The notes beneath the pieces were generated by a model, which saw only the letters and a list, made by a program, of their open reading frames with translations, searched no databases and had not been told where the DNA came from. The position numbers and the translations under genes are program-made. Shown here piece by piece: positions 49,388-61,950 of a stretch of 64,000 nucleotides of DNA. Numbering within the stretch: the stretch's first letter is position 1; every line of letters begins with the position of its first letter. The stretch spans positions 1,302,001 through 1,366,000 of the forward strand of contig JBLDXI010000046.1 in the NCBI GenBank assembly GCA_047495785.1. Direction: 5' to 3'. This DNA is from Lepidodermella squamata. Taxonomy: Eukaryota > Animalia > Gastrotricha.

Positions 49388-50369
49388 CCAAGAAATGTGG
49401 AATATATACATATATTACATCCACAGCTTCGATAATCTAGCAATATTTTGTATTTTTATTCATTTTACAATCGTTTCTCGCTATCGTTTATTTTCTACCG
49501 CAAGCAAACAAATATTTCAACTCCACGTGCTATATATCGATCGCGATGCCTAAATAATGACAAAGAACGAATTACTCAACGACAAAAAGTCACAGCGTTA
49601 ATTGCCCTGCTGTTTTTGCTCTACTTGCTATTGACAAGGCATCAATTCAGAAATGTTATCTATTAAGACTGCTCGCAAGATTTTTAATCAGGGTATAAAT
49701 AAATGTTGTATGTTCAACGTTTTGATGCAATTTTTCCTCCAATCGTGCTGTTTTTTTCTTCTCTTCGTTTTTCTGGCCACCTTCCTCTTTTTCCTGTTGT
49801 AAAACAGTCTTTGTTGCTTTTGCCTCCTCTGTATCGCAGCTCGTAATAATATATCGAAAATGAATTATAGCTGCATCGAAAATTCTAAACGGGCAGTTTG
49901 TTATTTGTTATCAAATCGGTGCGTTTCCTCGTAAAAATAATAAACGCATATTTCTCTTCGTTTTTACATATTATTTCTGATCTTTTCGCTATACTACTTA
50001 TATAAATAATAATTGTATGAGAGAGAGCTTCCGTTGTATTTTTTCTGGTTATTCGCGATCTTGAATAAACATGACCCCGTGTTTCGGGCCGTTCAACCCG
50101 GAGAAATACCTGCGAAAATATTGCTGTTATAAATATTAATAATTATTGTTCAAAAAAATTGCGCACATGACGAATTTATATTCGCAAAAAATTTATACGA
50201 TGCCATTAAAATTGAATAATACGCGTAAATAAAAAATATAAATGATCGTATCATTTTTTCAGTTTTTCTCAAATGGCCAGTACAGTTGCATGAGTCACCC
50301 TGTGGTTACATTAAAAAATAATAGCAATTTGTTGGTGTAAAATGCAGTTGAAGCACCTAACGTATAGTA

Positions 50370-52405
50370 ATGAAAGACATGCATTCAAGGTGCAGTTTCG
50401 CATTAATATGCTTGACAATTGTCAGCCCATGCCTGGCTGCAAAACCGTTGCGGTACTCGCGGCCTGGCGATATCACCCTGGGACTGGTCACCCCGATACA
50501 CAACATGAACCCGGCACGGTCGAGTGACTTCGACATGGCCACAGCTTGCGGCCGTCTCATCCCGAGCTGGGCCATGCAAGTTGTTCATTTCGTGCGAGAA
50601 ATCGAAGCTATCAACGCTGATGCGAAGTATCTCGGCGGGCTGAACTTGGGCTTCGAAATCGTCGATTCGTGCGCTTTGCCAAGCGTGGCGATAAATCAAA
50701 CCTACGAATGGGCGATGAAGCGTGACCAGCTTAAATTAGCCTTTATCATCGGGGCGAGGAAAAGTAGGGTCAGCGTTCCAGTTGCCAGTTTTTTCCAGGA
50801 AATCAACCTACCAATCGTTAGTATTTTATAAATTTTCTATAAAGGGTATAAGGATCCTTCTATAGATTGATTTCGGTGCTACAATGCCAGAATTGAGTGA
50901 TCGCAATCGATATCGATTATACGCAAGAACGTCACCGAGTGATTTCTACCAGGCCCGGGCTATAGCCGGTCTAGCTAGCTCATTCTACAACTGGACCTGC
51001 GTTCACTTGGTGCATAGCAGTGGCTATTACGGTGATAACGGAGCGGTTGAAATGCGCCGCGCGCTGTCTGGTCAAAATATTTGCAGGGTGACTGATACCC
51101 GTGTGCCGGACGACGCGGGCGATGCTTTCTTTCAAGACTTAGTGGAGAAAAAATTGGAGCCAAATGCGACTGTTTCAGGGGTGATATGCTTTTGCGAGGA
51201 AAACACCGTGATATCACTCCTCACCGCACTTCGAAATTCCCACGAACAGGGTAAGAAAGTGGGGATGAAAAAGCCGAAATTCTTAATAATCGCAAGGTAA
51301 AAAATATTGAACTTTTAAGCTGGATTTTTTCACTTTCAATTTTAGTGATTCCTTCGGAACTTCACCAGCTCATCTTGAAAATTTGATTTCGATAGCTAAT
51401 GGCATGGTTACTACTTCGATGAGTTCAGCTCAGCAAAATGTGTTAGACTCATTTACTGCTTGGTTTTCGTCTAAATTCCGTGAAATTGCAACGGTCAATC
51501 AACTGGACAATCCTTTCCTAGCTGAGTTTGTCGAAGACAAATTTGATTGTCGACTGCCTAATTCAACTTTCCGATCTACTTCGGCCAGAAAAGATTGCCA
51601 AAGTAAGTTATATAAAATTACGAAATTCTCACATTTTTTACACATTTTTTGCGAAGAAATTTCGATGAAGCAGGAGGAGGTTGGTGTATCTCACTATCTT
51701 GGAACGATAACCGCCGCAATCTACGCAGCTGTTTTTGCGATTAAGGCTGCCCTAGCAAAAAACGGCGGCTATATTACCCGTGACCTAGTTAACGGAACTG
51801 AAATGTACCGCCATCTTCGCCAGGTCGCCTTCGAAATGCCCTACAATAGCGGTAAATTCGCGTTTGATAAAAACGGCGACGGATCGCCGTTTTATCGGTT
51901 CTACTCGTATCGGCGTGATCCGAAAAATGCCGCGTTCGAATTTCGGCCTTTTGCTGAATTTAGCGACAACAAACTACACGCGATATCGTCCAGTTTTTCG
52001 GAATTTAAGAATTGGCCTTCTGCGACAGATTTCGCAACGGACGACCCGATTGAGTCAAAATGTTCGGAATCGAGCAATGCTACAAGCTATTGTTTACCTG
52101 TTGAGGGATATTCATGCGACTCGCCGTTAATCAACGCCGATTTTGATGAGGAAAACAGCGAAAAACGGTTTTATTTGATCATTATTGCCGCATTAGGCGC
52201 TGCTTTGTTACTGGTGACAATAGTTGTAATTGCCGTGATTATTTCGTCGAAAACTGCGAAACGACGCAGTCGCCGTCGCCAGCAGCGTGAGGCGGCTGAG
52301 AAGGAGGATGAAATTCAAGCCAATTTATTCGGACGAACGTATTACCGAAGAACTACGTCAGCTCGAACTAATAATACCAGCTCAGTAGCAACAAGTGCGT
52401 TATAA
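50370..52405 (+). CDS. Metabotropic-glutamate-receptor-like Venus flytrap ectodomain with a single TM and a short tail
   Basis: Signal peptide; PGDITLG, LGFEIVDSC, IGARKSRVS, ATMPELSD..Y..YARTSPSD, YNWTCV and FDKNGDG. Exons 50370-50816, 50866-51296, 51346-51602, 51657-52405. One TM (FYLIIIAALG...) followed by a stop codon. Confidence 0.85.
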
Positions 52406-52534
52406 TAAAATAATGTAGGTCATCAGACTGCGCCATTAAATTTAATCTTTCGTTAAATGACATTTTTATGAAAAATAAAACAGCTTTAGATCATGAATAT
52501 GATAAAATTGAAGGCATCAGAAAAATCAAAGTTT

Positions 52535-54339
52535 TTAGGAGGTCTTTTCCAAGGTCGCTGATATTTGAGCCATAACTCTGAGCACGACTTCCTCGCGAAA
52601 CTGCGGCGCAACGATTTGAACGGCAACCGGTAGCCCTTGGCTGTCAGTTGACATGCCCTTCTGAATCGCCCGATGAAACAAGTCTCGCTTCGCTGGGTAA
52701 TCCGCCATTTTCGCTTCGTCCTCAGCGGTGACGTTAGTAACCGGGCAAACTCCCGCTGGCCAGTCGAGCATGTTGAAAAGCACGGTGTAACTAAGCGCTG
52801 CTAGCGTGTCCCTCGGAGCGTTGAGTGGTAAGGCCGGGCAAGCGAAAGCCGGATATAGCAGCGCGTCGAACGACTGAGCTGCGAAAGCTTTACCGAATTC
52901 TCGCCTGTAGTGGCGAACCTTGACAAACTCTCGATTTGCGTCGTGCGGGTGGTCACCGACGCGGACAGATCTCAGGATATCAGCAGGTAAGTCTCCGATG
53001 AAAGGCCTCGCAACCATGCCGATGAAACGTTTAAACCAAAACGGCCATTTCGAAGTTCTGATTGTCATCATGTTCTGATAGCAGACTTCAACGTCTTCTT
53101 CGATAGCTCGGATGACTTCGACTGTCCCATCGACTGTCATAGTTCTAAGGTAGAGTAAGAAAGCGTCTCGAACTTTCGGTGGTTGCCATTCCACGAGTTT
53201 GTGCCCCTGCTTTTCCAACGCCTCCTTCGCTAGAAGAACAGCTCGTTTCATCGCTGGAACTGTTTCGATAACTTCGTCTGATAAACAGTAGCCAATTGTT
53301 AGTGGCTTCTTAGCTTCGAACAAATCTTCGCGGAACGGGACAGGCGCCATGTTGTTGTAGAGAAATTTATCGAATGTAGCTTTCGAGTAAAGCAGCCGGT
53401 GCAGAGTGACTAGGGTTGAAAGGTCACGAGTGATGAAGCCCAATGCGCCGAAATCGCGAACAATCGACCGCGGGAAGTAGACTTGCGACGGGAAGGTTCC
53501 GCCATGCAGCATTCGGGCTGAAGTCGGTTTCAGCGTGAAACAGCCACACCATGCAGCCTATAAAATTGTTAAGACATTGGTTTGTAAAAATAGGGAAAAA
53601 TTACTGGAATTCTTAGGCTTCCACCTGCGTCAGAGCCAACTCCTAAAATAGACGCTTTCGCCCCTACAAGGGCTCCTTCTCCACTTGTAGAACCGCCAGG
53701 TGATCGTTCTGGGTTGAAAGGATTGCGAGTGATACCATGAACGCCATTTCTCGAGTCGAACGACATCATAGCTTGTGGCAAATTTGATTTGACAAAAGGG
53801 ATGCATCCAAGTTGCTCCAGAAACTGTACGATTGGAGCTGTTTCATGGCTGATGAATCTGCCTAAATATTGGCCATGGCCTTCTGTCGACTCTGTGCCAT
53901 CGATAAAGCAGCACTCTTTCACGCTGATCGGGATGCCATGTAGCGGTGATTTGTCGCTAATTTTAGCAAGAGATCTAGCTTTTTCCTCAGCACTTGCGAT
54001 GAACTCTGTGACTGCATTAGTTTCATCGCTGTTGTGCAGCGCAGCAGTTTGATAAGCATGGAGGACATCAACAGGTGATAATTGATTGGCAAGAAGTTTG
54101 CGGCGCAACTCATCGAAAGACAGCGATGTAATTTCAGCAGCGTTTTTGCAATCAAGCGAGCGAATCTTATCCCGACGTTTGTTTTCACTCGACCGGAAGT
54201 CGTTGATTTTCCGTCGAAGTTCAGCGCGTCTTCGATTGCGCCTAAGAGCCTTTTGAGCGAAGTACATTGCATAGATTGCGCCGAATGCCCAAATTATCGG
54301 CTGACATTGGTCAATTAGTAAATAGAAGTTATCCAACAT
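52535..54339 (-). CDS. FAAH: Fatty acid amide hydrolase-like amidase, copy 1, 2 exons (54339-53605, 53557-52535), 585 aa
   Basis: N-terminal TM; amidase signature PLHGIPISVKE, PGGSTSGEG and GSDAGGSLRIP|AAWCG with the Lys-Ser-Ser triad; C-terminal GLPVAVQ. Confidence 0.92.
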
Positions 54340-54959
54340 CTTTCGGCCTAATATGAATGAAAAGTGGTATGAAACTGCTCACATATGAGTAGTATTTTTG
54401 ATAAGGCCAAAAACCATGCACAGGTTGTATACAGCGTTATGCGTGGCTGCACCGGCGTGCCTAAATAATATGAATAGAGCAACCCACTACGTGTTTTTGG
54501 TAGAAACTACAAAATACTATATACGCAGCACACATTTTATACATAAATAGTATATGCGTGCGAGTACGCGCGTTGTTTTCGCGCGAAATATCCCAACTCC
54601 ATCATCATCATCATCAGTACCGCATCATGTCCGCTGCTAAAAAGCGATAATAAATTGATATATATTATTATAATATATTCGTACTGACCATACAAAATAG
54701 CCGGGAAATTACTGCTGTAGTAGTAGTGATAGTGTGGGATGCTACATCGGACCACGCAGCAGTAAATAACGATTATTTTTTCACGCACAAAAACATATCT
54801 GGTCAAATTCTACAACTATTTACTACAACAACTTTTATTCATATAAATGAAGTAATGCATTTCCTGTATATCGCATCGATGTTTGTCCGCCGACACATCA
54901 TCATTTGTCGCAATCAATTACTATCGAATTTTCGGCCAAGCGTAACAACTAGCTGTTAT

Positions 54960-55901
54960 TCAGTGACCATTCTTCGCACCGCATGACTTCTCGGCAGTTT
55001 TCAGAATTTCGAGAATATCCGGGTTTTCCAGAATAGATTGATTGCCCTTCAAAAATGAGACACATTTCTCGTATCGCTGCAAGGCATTCAGCGCCTTAGC
55101 CTTTCGGAAGATGAGCTTAACATTTTTTCGATCAATTTCAAGACCCTTTTCCGCATCTTCCAAGGCCTCGCTCGGTTTGCTGTCAGCTAAAAACGCTGCC
55201 GATCGATTTGAGTAGTGAACTGCATTGTTCGAGTCAACTCTAATAGCCTTCGAGTAACATTCGATGGCCTTTTCGTAATTACGAGCGTTGAAATAGCGAC
55301 CTCCAGCGATTCGAAATTCGTCAGCCTCTTTGACTTCACTCGGGAAGGGCAGTTCAGCGGGCCATGTCACGTTTGCTAGAATCGGATGGGTTCTTTCGAG
55401 GAGAACCACCTGTTGAGCCGTGTTGTCGATTCGCAAACTGGCCGAACCGGTCATCGAAGTTTTCAACCACGGATTCATGATGGCAACGATCGATCCAATC
55501 GGCAATGACGCCTTGAAGTTGTAGAGGATTAAACATATGACTTTATCCCCGGTCGGATCGTCAACCAGCGCATAGTTCGAATGAGCAATGCCCCAAATCG
55601 GGCAAAGCGATCGGCAAAGCAGAAACTTGCCGTCATGAACCTGATTCGGCCCCTTTCGGAGGATGTCGTTGATAGTGATCTGGTTCTCGGGGATCAGCTC
55701 GCAGTTTGGCAGCGCGGCGTTCAGCGACTCTTCAGGGTAGTAAGGCATTGAGCTGAACGTTTGGTTGTATTCAGGATCAGTTTCACGCATTTGCTTCGAC
55801 TGCATGTGGGCCATAATGGCAAACTCGCGGTTGTAACACATCTGTGAGATTTCAGGCGACTGCATCATCTCTTGCATAGCTTCAACAATCAACGGATCCA
55901 T
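54960..55901 (-). CDS. Intronless protein with an N-terminal OB-fold-like domain and ~3 TPR repeats, 313 aa
   Basis: TPRs: RNYEKAIECYSKAI, HYSNRSAAFL, NVKLIFRKAKALNAL. The N-domain HDGKFLLCR..LILYN..NPWLK..LRID resembles the N-terminus of TPR-SET proteins. Confidence 0.8.
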   Translation of the reverse strand: MDPLIVEAMQEMMQSPEISQMCYNREFAIMAHMQSKQMRETDPEYNQTFSSMPYYPEESLNAALPNCELIPENQITINDILRKGPNQVHDGKFLLCRSLCPIWGIAHSNYALVDDPTGDKVICLILYNFKASLPIGSIVAIMNPWLKTSMTGSASLRIDNTAQQVVLLERTHPILANVTWPAELPFPSEVKEADEFRIAGGRYFNARNYEKAIECYSKAIRVDSNNAVHYSNRSAAFLADSKPSEALEDAEKGLEIDRKNVKLIFRKAKALNALQRYEKCVSFLKGNQSILENPDILEILKTAEKSCGAKNGH

Positions 55902-56283
55902 TTTGCAAATCAAAAGTATCAATTGTAAATTCTATCAGAGAGGTAATGCGGAAACATAGAATGCAGGAGTTTGAGATTCAGAAATCGAACCAACAAATCG
56001 AGATTCGATATATTTTGAATTAGGACGAGTAGGAAAGACAGAGATCGCGTGCACTGGAACTATTCACGCGCCTACTATAAAAAACCATCAATGAGTCAAA
56101 AAGTGAACAAAAAAAACCAAAGAAAACAAGCAAAAAAGTAGAAATTTTTCTACTTTAAGGTGGAAGTTATAAAAAGTGAATTTTCAGCAGCATTTACTTC
56201 CAACGGTGATGACCATGAAAACAGACACATTTGAAAAATGTTAGCTTTTACTTGAAATCGGCGGAACAAAAAATCACGAATGG

Positions 56284-57084
56284 TCAACAAATCGAAGTGG
56301 CATTATCTTTTTTAGCTGAGAAAAACATAGAGAATAAGAATTTGTCCTTGTCGTGATAAAGCGGCATCATTCCCATCGCAAACGCCTGGTAGTCTTCGCT
56401 TGTCATCGCTGCGTAACTGTCCGGGTCTCCTTTGAGTTGATCGAAAGCGTCCACAAAATTCTCGCTGATCACAACATGATGAGACGCACGGCTGTATCCC
56501 AACTTCTTCAGCCATTCGGTTGAACCCGGAAATGGCTCGGAGTTCGTTGATTCAACGTACTTGTCCAAGCTTTCCAGAGCGGCGTCGTTGAACAGCGCTT
56601 CGTCAAAACAAAGTGGTTTCAAATTGGCATCCGTCCGAAATTCGTTGATAAGCCGTAGCATTCGGTAAGAAAACCGCATTTGCGTCACTTTTGTCGCGAC
56701 CGGTCCACTGTTGCCGACGAGAAATTGACGATCGAGATTGGAAAACCTAGCGAGTGCCGGCGTGTTCTCCTTACCGCGTACAACCCCGCAAACTTGCGTA
56801 GGGTCGCCATTTTTATCTGAAACACTGATCTTCGACTTGGGTTGGCCTCGCATCAGGTGGCAATACGGCTGTTGATGGCCTTGCCAGAAGAAATGGGTAC
56901 AGCGCGGATCGTCGATGCAGAGATCGAGACACATCGCCGAACTGATTTCATTCAGCTTCCCATAGGCTTCATCGCCGAATGAACAGCCGGAACTCCAGAG
57001 GCGACGAACCCAGATAGATGGCGAAATTTCTACAGCCTGAGCCTCAAGAATTACAGCTAATAACACAACAACAAAAGCTAGCAT
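56284..57084 (-). CDS. Secreted PAN/apple + CAP (SCP)-like protein, intronless, 266 aa
   Basis: Signal peptide; PAN pattern CLDLCIDDPRCTHFFW..CHL; CAP start MLRLINEFR..LKPLCFDEAL and MTSEDYQAFAMG. Confidence 0.75.
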   Translation of the reverse strand: MLAFVVVLLAVILEAQAVEISPSIWVRRLWSSGCSFGDEAYGKLNEISSAMCLDLCIDDPRCTHFFWQGHQQPYCHLMRGQPKSKISVSDKNGDPTQVCGVVRGKENTPALARFSNLDRQFLVGNSGPVATKVTQMRFSYRMLRLINEFRTDANLKPLCFDEALFNDAALESLDKYVESTNSEPFPGSTEWLKKLGYSRASHHVVISENFVDAFDQLKGDPDSYAAMTSEDYQAFAMGMMPLYHDKDKFLFSMFFSAKKDNATSIC

Positions 57085-57683
57085 GTTGTAGAATTAAGAT
57101 GAATCGAAAGATGATATCAAGATGAAATTTTCCATCTTTTATACCACCCGATGTAAGAGGCACATGTTAGATTTCGCATCGATGGTTATGCTGAGAAATT
57201 GGGTCAGCTGATTACTGATCATAGCGTTTCTTTTGTAACAAAGTAAAAACGCTGTTCATTTTATATAAAGGCAAAGTACTTGCTCATCGATTAAAAGGTG
57301 AAATAATCGAAAGATGGCCCTAACAGTAACTAAAATAAGCATAATAAGCGCCGACCTAGAAAGAATGCAAGCTTTTATTGATCGGGCTGTACTCGAACGA
57401 CCTAGTTCACGTCATCAAACATTGTAAAATGCGAAGGCAACATTTTATCGGCTTCGACCAGGTCATTGCAGTTAAAGCAGCTAACTGGTGAACATGAATA
57501 TGATCAGATCATTGGCAAAGCCCAAATACGCGTATTGTTAAGATGTCGATCGTTTTATTGAAAACAATAGAATAGCAGAGGTCATTGAATAAATTCGATG
57601 CTATAATCATTTGAAATGTCAATAATCGATAAAAATCAAGAGTTCATAATGTCAATAGCGCAGCCCCGAAAATAATGAAGAAT

Positions 57684-59499
57684 TTATTTTTCGGAAATTT
57701 CGGTCATTACTCGCAGAATGACTTCTTCGAAGTATTGCGGTGCAACAACTTGAACAGCCAGTGGCAGGCCGACAGTTCCGCTAATGTTAGACTCGTACAT
57801 AAATTTATGAAAACGGTCCTTGTCAGCTGGATATAACGCCATCAGCTGTTCATCCTTCTCCGTCACTTTCGTCACCTGCGAAATGCCAGATGGCCAGTCC
57901 AGGAAGTTGAAAATCGCCTCATAGCAGAGTGAGCCTAAAACTTCGCGCGGCATGTCCAAAGTCAAAGCTGCAGATGGGTACGACGGGTAGACCAACGCGT
58001 CCAGTTTCGCGTTATGAAAAGCCTCGGCAAATTCCTGGCGGTACTTTCGCATAGCCCGGAATGCGACGTTGACGTCATGCGGGCGGCTGCCAAAACGCAG
58101 ATTTTTGATCACGTCAGCCGGGAAATCGCCGATAAAAGGCCGTGAAAGTGCAGCAATAATCAACTTCAACCAGTAAGGCGTTTTCATGGTAGCCAATGAG
58201 TAAACGTTCGGGTAAGCGATTTCGATGTCGTTATCGCAGGCTTCTATTGTTTCGACATAACCATCTACTGCTATTATCCGGAAATACATCAGCATAGCCT
58301 CAAGGCTTCGAGGAGGCCTCCATGCGACAAGACGATGTCCACGTTTCTCAAGCGCTTCCTTAGCTTCTTTAACAGCTCGCTTCATCGCAGGCGTCGTTTC
58401 GAACGCTCCGTCAAAGTCGCAATAGCCAATTGTCAGCGGCTTCTTAGAGGAATACAGCTCCTCTCGGAAAGGAATTGGAACCAGCGAACTGATCGGGAAT
58501 CTTTTAAACGTCTCCTCGCTGTACATCCTTCGGTGAACGGTTACAAGCGTCTCGACGTCCTGAGTGAACAGGCCCATGCATTGGAAGTCTCGAACTGCGG
58601 CTCTTGGGTAGTAAGCTGTCGGGAACGTTCCGCCATTCAACATTCGGGAAGAAGTCGGTTTCAGGGTGTAACAGCCACACCATGCAGCCTGTAAAGAATC
58701 GGAAAATTACGAATAGATTATAGATTATCGAGAGATTTGTCTATATCCTTACTGGAATTCGAACACTTCCTCCGAGATCCGATCCAACACCTAGAATTGA
58801 TGCTTTCGCACCGACAATCGCACCTTCACCACTTGAAGACCCACCAGGACCTCGTTTCAAGTTATGCGGATTCCGGGTCATACCGTAAATCGCGTTCCTA
58901 GAGTCGTAAGACAGCATAGCCTGCGGGATGTTGGTCTTCGCGAATGGAATGCATCCCAAGGCCTCAAGAAATTGAACTATCGGCGACGGTGGCATGCCGT
59001 AGAAGTCGCCGAGGTATTGCGAAAACCCACCCGTCGCCTCAGTATTCGGATAGAAGCAACACTCCTTAATGGTAATCGGAACGCCGTGAAATGGCAGTCT
59101 CTCCTCAACAGGGATAGCGTCAAGCCTTGCCGCCGTGATCTCAGCCCTGTCGAGGATGAACTCCGATATCGGGTTAATCGTGTCGCATGTCGCTAGAGCC
59201 GCGTGTTGGTAGGCATGAAGAACCTCAGTTGCTTTCAATTCGCCTTTCCTCAACTTCTCGGCGAGTTGGCCAAAAGACAGGGCTAGAATCGCTTTCTGAT
59301 TCGCCGGAACTTGCCGCGTCTTGAGTCTGTCGCGCCTCTGCTTTTCGGCCTGTTGAAACGCTCGAATCTTAGCGCTGAGTCGCCTTCGTTTACTGAGGCC
59401 ACGCAGGGCTCGGAGCAGGACTAAGGCACCTACAGACCCTGCAGCGGCTAAAGCAAGAGACCGCCGGTCGATTCGCTGCACAAGCTCCCTGATGTCCAT
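57684..59499 (-). CDS. FAAH: Fatty acid amide hydrolase-like amidase, copy 2, 2 exons (59499-58753, 58688-57684), 583 aa
   Basis: PFHGVPITIKE, PGGSSSGEG and GSDLGGSVRIP|AAWCG. Same intron position as copy 1. Confidence 0.92.
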
Positions 59500-59626
59500 T
59501 ACGCGTCGATGATAAAATGAAAACCTCAGTCCAGTATCCGGTACATAAAAATATTACTACTGCGCATTGATTATTTGCTTACACTATCGTATTCTGAATA
59601 CGAGATAACATCATTTGAACACTGCT

Positions 59627-60900
59627 TTATTGAACCTGCGAGAAAAACACGGCATTAATGACGAGAAAAGCGGTTAGAGTTGTCAGAAATGCGATAAGAT
59701 CTAATAGATTGATCAAAGTTGTTCTGTAACCAGTGGAAACTTGAACGATTCTTTTATAAGTTTCGGATCTTTCGCTAATCATGCGGCATGAGAAAAGTGT
59801 CCACATGGTGACAGCAACTGAAACTGTGTTGTGAACTTCGTAGTAGATGATAATGTACATAACCTCAGATGTTTGAGGTATAGACCCCATTATCGCCGAT
59901 TGCAGGAATATGAAAGCGAGAAATACTGTCACCGTGAAGCTAGCCCTATCAGGCATTTCCGCCGGCATGGCAAATACACTCATAATCAGTATTTCTAAGA
60001 GAATAGTCGGAGCGATGAACTGACTGACAAAATAGGCCGAGTTGCGTTTGAAAGCGAATCGAAACTTGATAGAATCGGACGTGCTGAGGATTTCGACTTG
60101 ATCTTTGACTGGAATTTCTTGCCAGATGTCGCCACCACTCAGCAGGGTCGATTCATCCAGCCGCAGCTGGCTGGATTTGTCGCTGAAGCTAACCTTGGCG
60201 AAACAGTCGTCATAGCATTCATAGGCTTTTATCTCAACTTCGCAAGTTTGAATATCGAAAGGATACCTGTGAATATCAAGGCTATCGGGGCGAAGGTATT
60301 ATATATAACGAGGAATCTTACTTGAGAAAGGACAGTCCACAAGCTGTATCATATTTATTCGAATAACTCAGGACAGCAAAGCCTTCCTTCTTCACTAAAA
60401 CCCTGCCTTCTCTGATGATTAAATTTGATTTAGTTAAACATTTCAAGTTTTAACTCTTACTGGGAGAAGGGGGATGAAATATCTCCCATTCCATTCCAGA
60501 TCGTCAAACTTGGTCGCCAAATTCGACGTGTCGAGTACCAGCATTCCGATATCAGATCCGAGTACGTTATGCTGTCGTTCCACCTGGCACATGGCGGTAG
60601 TTGCCATTGAAATTCAAACGTCGCCTGTAGGCTCAATTTCTGCTCTAGATCACTGAGGTCTACAAAGTCGAAAGGAGTCATCGAAACTACAACTTCAACT
60701 TTTGTCGACTCGTTCGGAGCAGGCCGGGCTGTTTTGCTGTTCAAATACGGGCATGTTGTAGCTAAATTGTTGCAGAATAAGTCTGGAAACGCCAGTTGAC
60801 CTATAGGGTAAGTACGATTGTTGTAAAAAGGGTCTCCAATGATCGAACAGATGGCCCCTTTGACCACCGAGGAGATAATGATTAGAGAAAATTTTCGCAT
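59627..60900 (-). CDS. Divergent Cys-loop ligand-gated ion channel subunit a, 3 exons (60900-60461, 60411-60322, 60266-59627), 389 aa
   Basis: Signal peptide, RP, IWRPSL, Cys-loop C-GLSFLKYPFDIQT-C (13 intervening residues), FKR preceding TM1 and four TMs. Confidence 0.9.
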
Positions 60901-61950
60901 ATTGTATTAATGCTGAAATCTAACTTTTTGATTGAATTAATTTCAGTGGATTGAATTTAATTCAGTGGGCTAGTTTGTCGTCAATGCTGAATATTCCTCG
61001 ATGGGAATGAGTGGTTTCCTGTTCGCGGAACAGGATATTTCTGTTTGCTATTAAATTTTATGTATAAATTAGAATTTTGAACAAAAAATTTCAGATATAT
61101 AATGATACCTAGCTAATTACTGCAAAATCACTAAATAAATTTATTTTATGACTCAGAGATGGTATCGAATTAAGATCGAGCTCACATTTCATATCCAATT
61201 TGGCGTCTTGTTGGCTATATAAGCCCTAAGTAATAACACATAAAGATATCAGTTGATCTGCTTTACTGAACTGCCTTTTGTATTATTCAGTCTAATTGCT
61301 GTTATTGGTTTGCCCCCGAACCAGGTCAGGGATATCAACCCTTCATCCAAATTCAATTTTTCGACCACACGCCTCGCAGCGCTAGGCGCAATAACTTAAT
61401 GCCGCTACGATGAATTTCATAAGTGTAAAATTTGTGTGTAAATAAACACGAGATCATGGCTGAAGTTCGGTGGTGGTTTTGATTGTTTTCGAATCGTTTA
61501 TATAGTCAAGAATCAAATTGGAGGCGGTAGTCGAGTTCTGGTAGCTGTTTGATATGCTACGCTGGGCAGCGTTTTTCCAGTTTTTTGACGATTGAGTCAG
61601 TGACGGTTGTTCGCTATGCGTTAGATATATTGGCCAGAACAACAGCTTAGCTGTTGCAGTAGCGCCGGGGGAACCTTTGAGACTGATGAGAACAGTACTA
61701 GTAGTTCTACCTGTACACTGCTGGGACGGGCTCGAACTGCTACTCGATGCTCGATACTGGTCGCGCGCTTTTTCTTCCGGAATTCTGCCCAATTTTCACC
61801 CCATTTTTTTTTATTTTCAACTTTTGCTCGCTGCTTTAAGAGGGCTATTCACATCGTTACATATCGTTATTCACCATAAACAATACAATTCGAAATCTAG
61901 GCTTCCTACCTAAGGTGCAAATCTGTCACTAATATCTTTTGAACACTGTT

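Noticed and set aside
51603-51656. Coding segment SKLYKITKFSHFLHIFCE in the VFT protein
   Set aside because: It has a GTAAGT donor, a T-rich tract and an AG, so it is best read as a 54-nt in-frame intron.
61270-61900. 112-aa ORF between the two channel genes as a host gene
   Set aside because: Low complexity and no domain. It is possibly a retroelement ORF1 remnant but cannot be supported.
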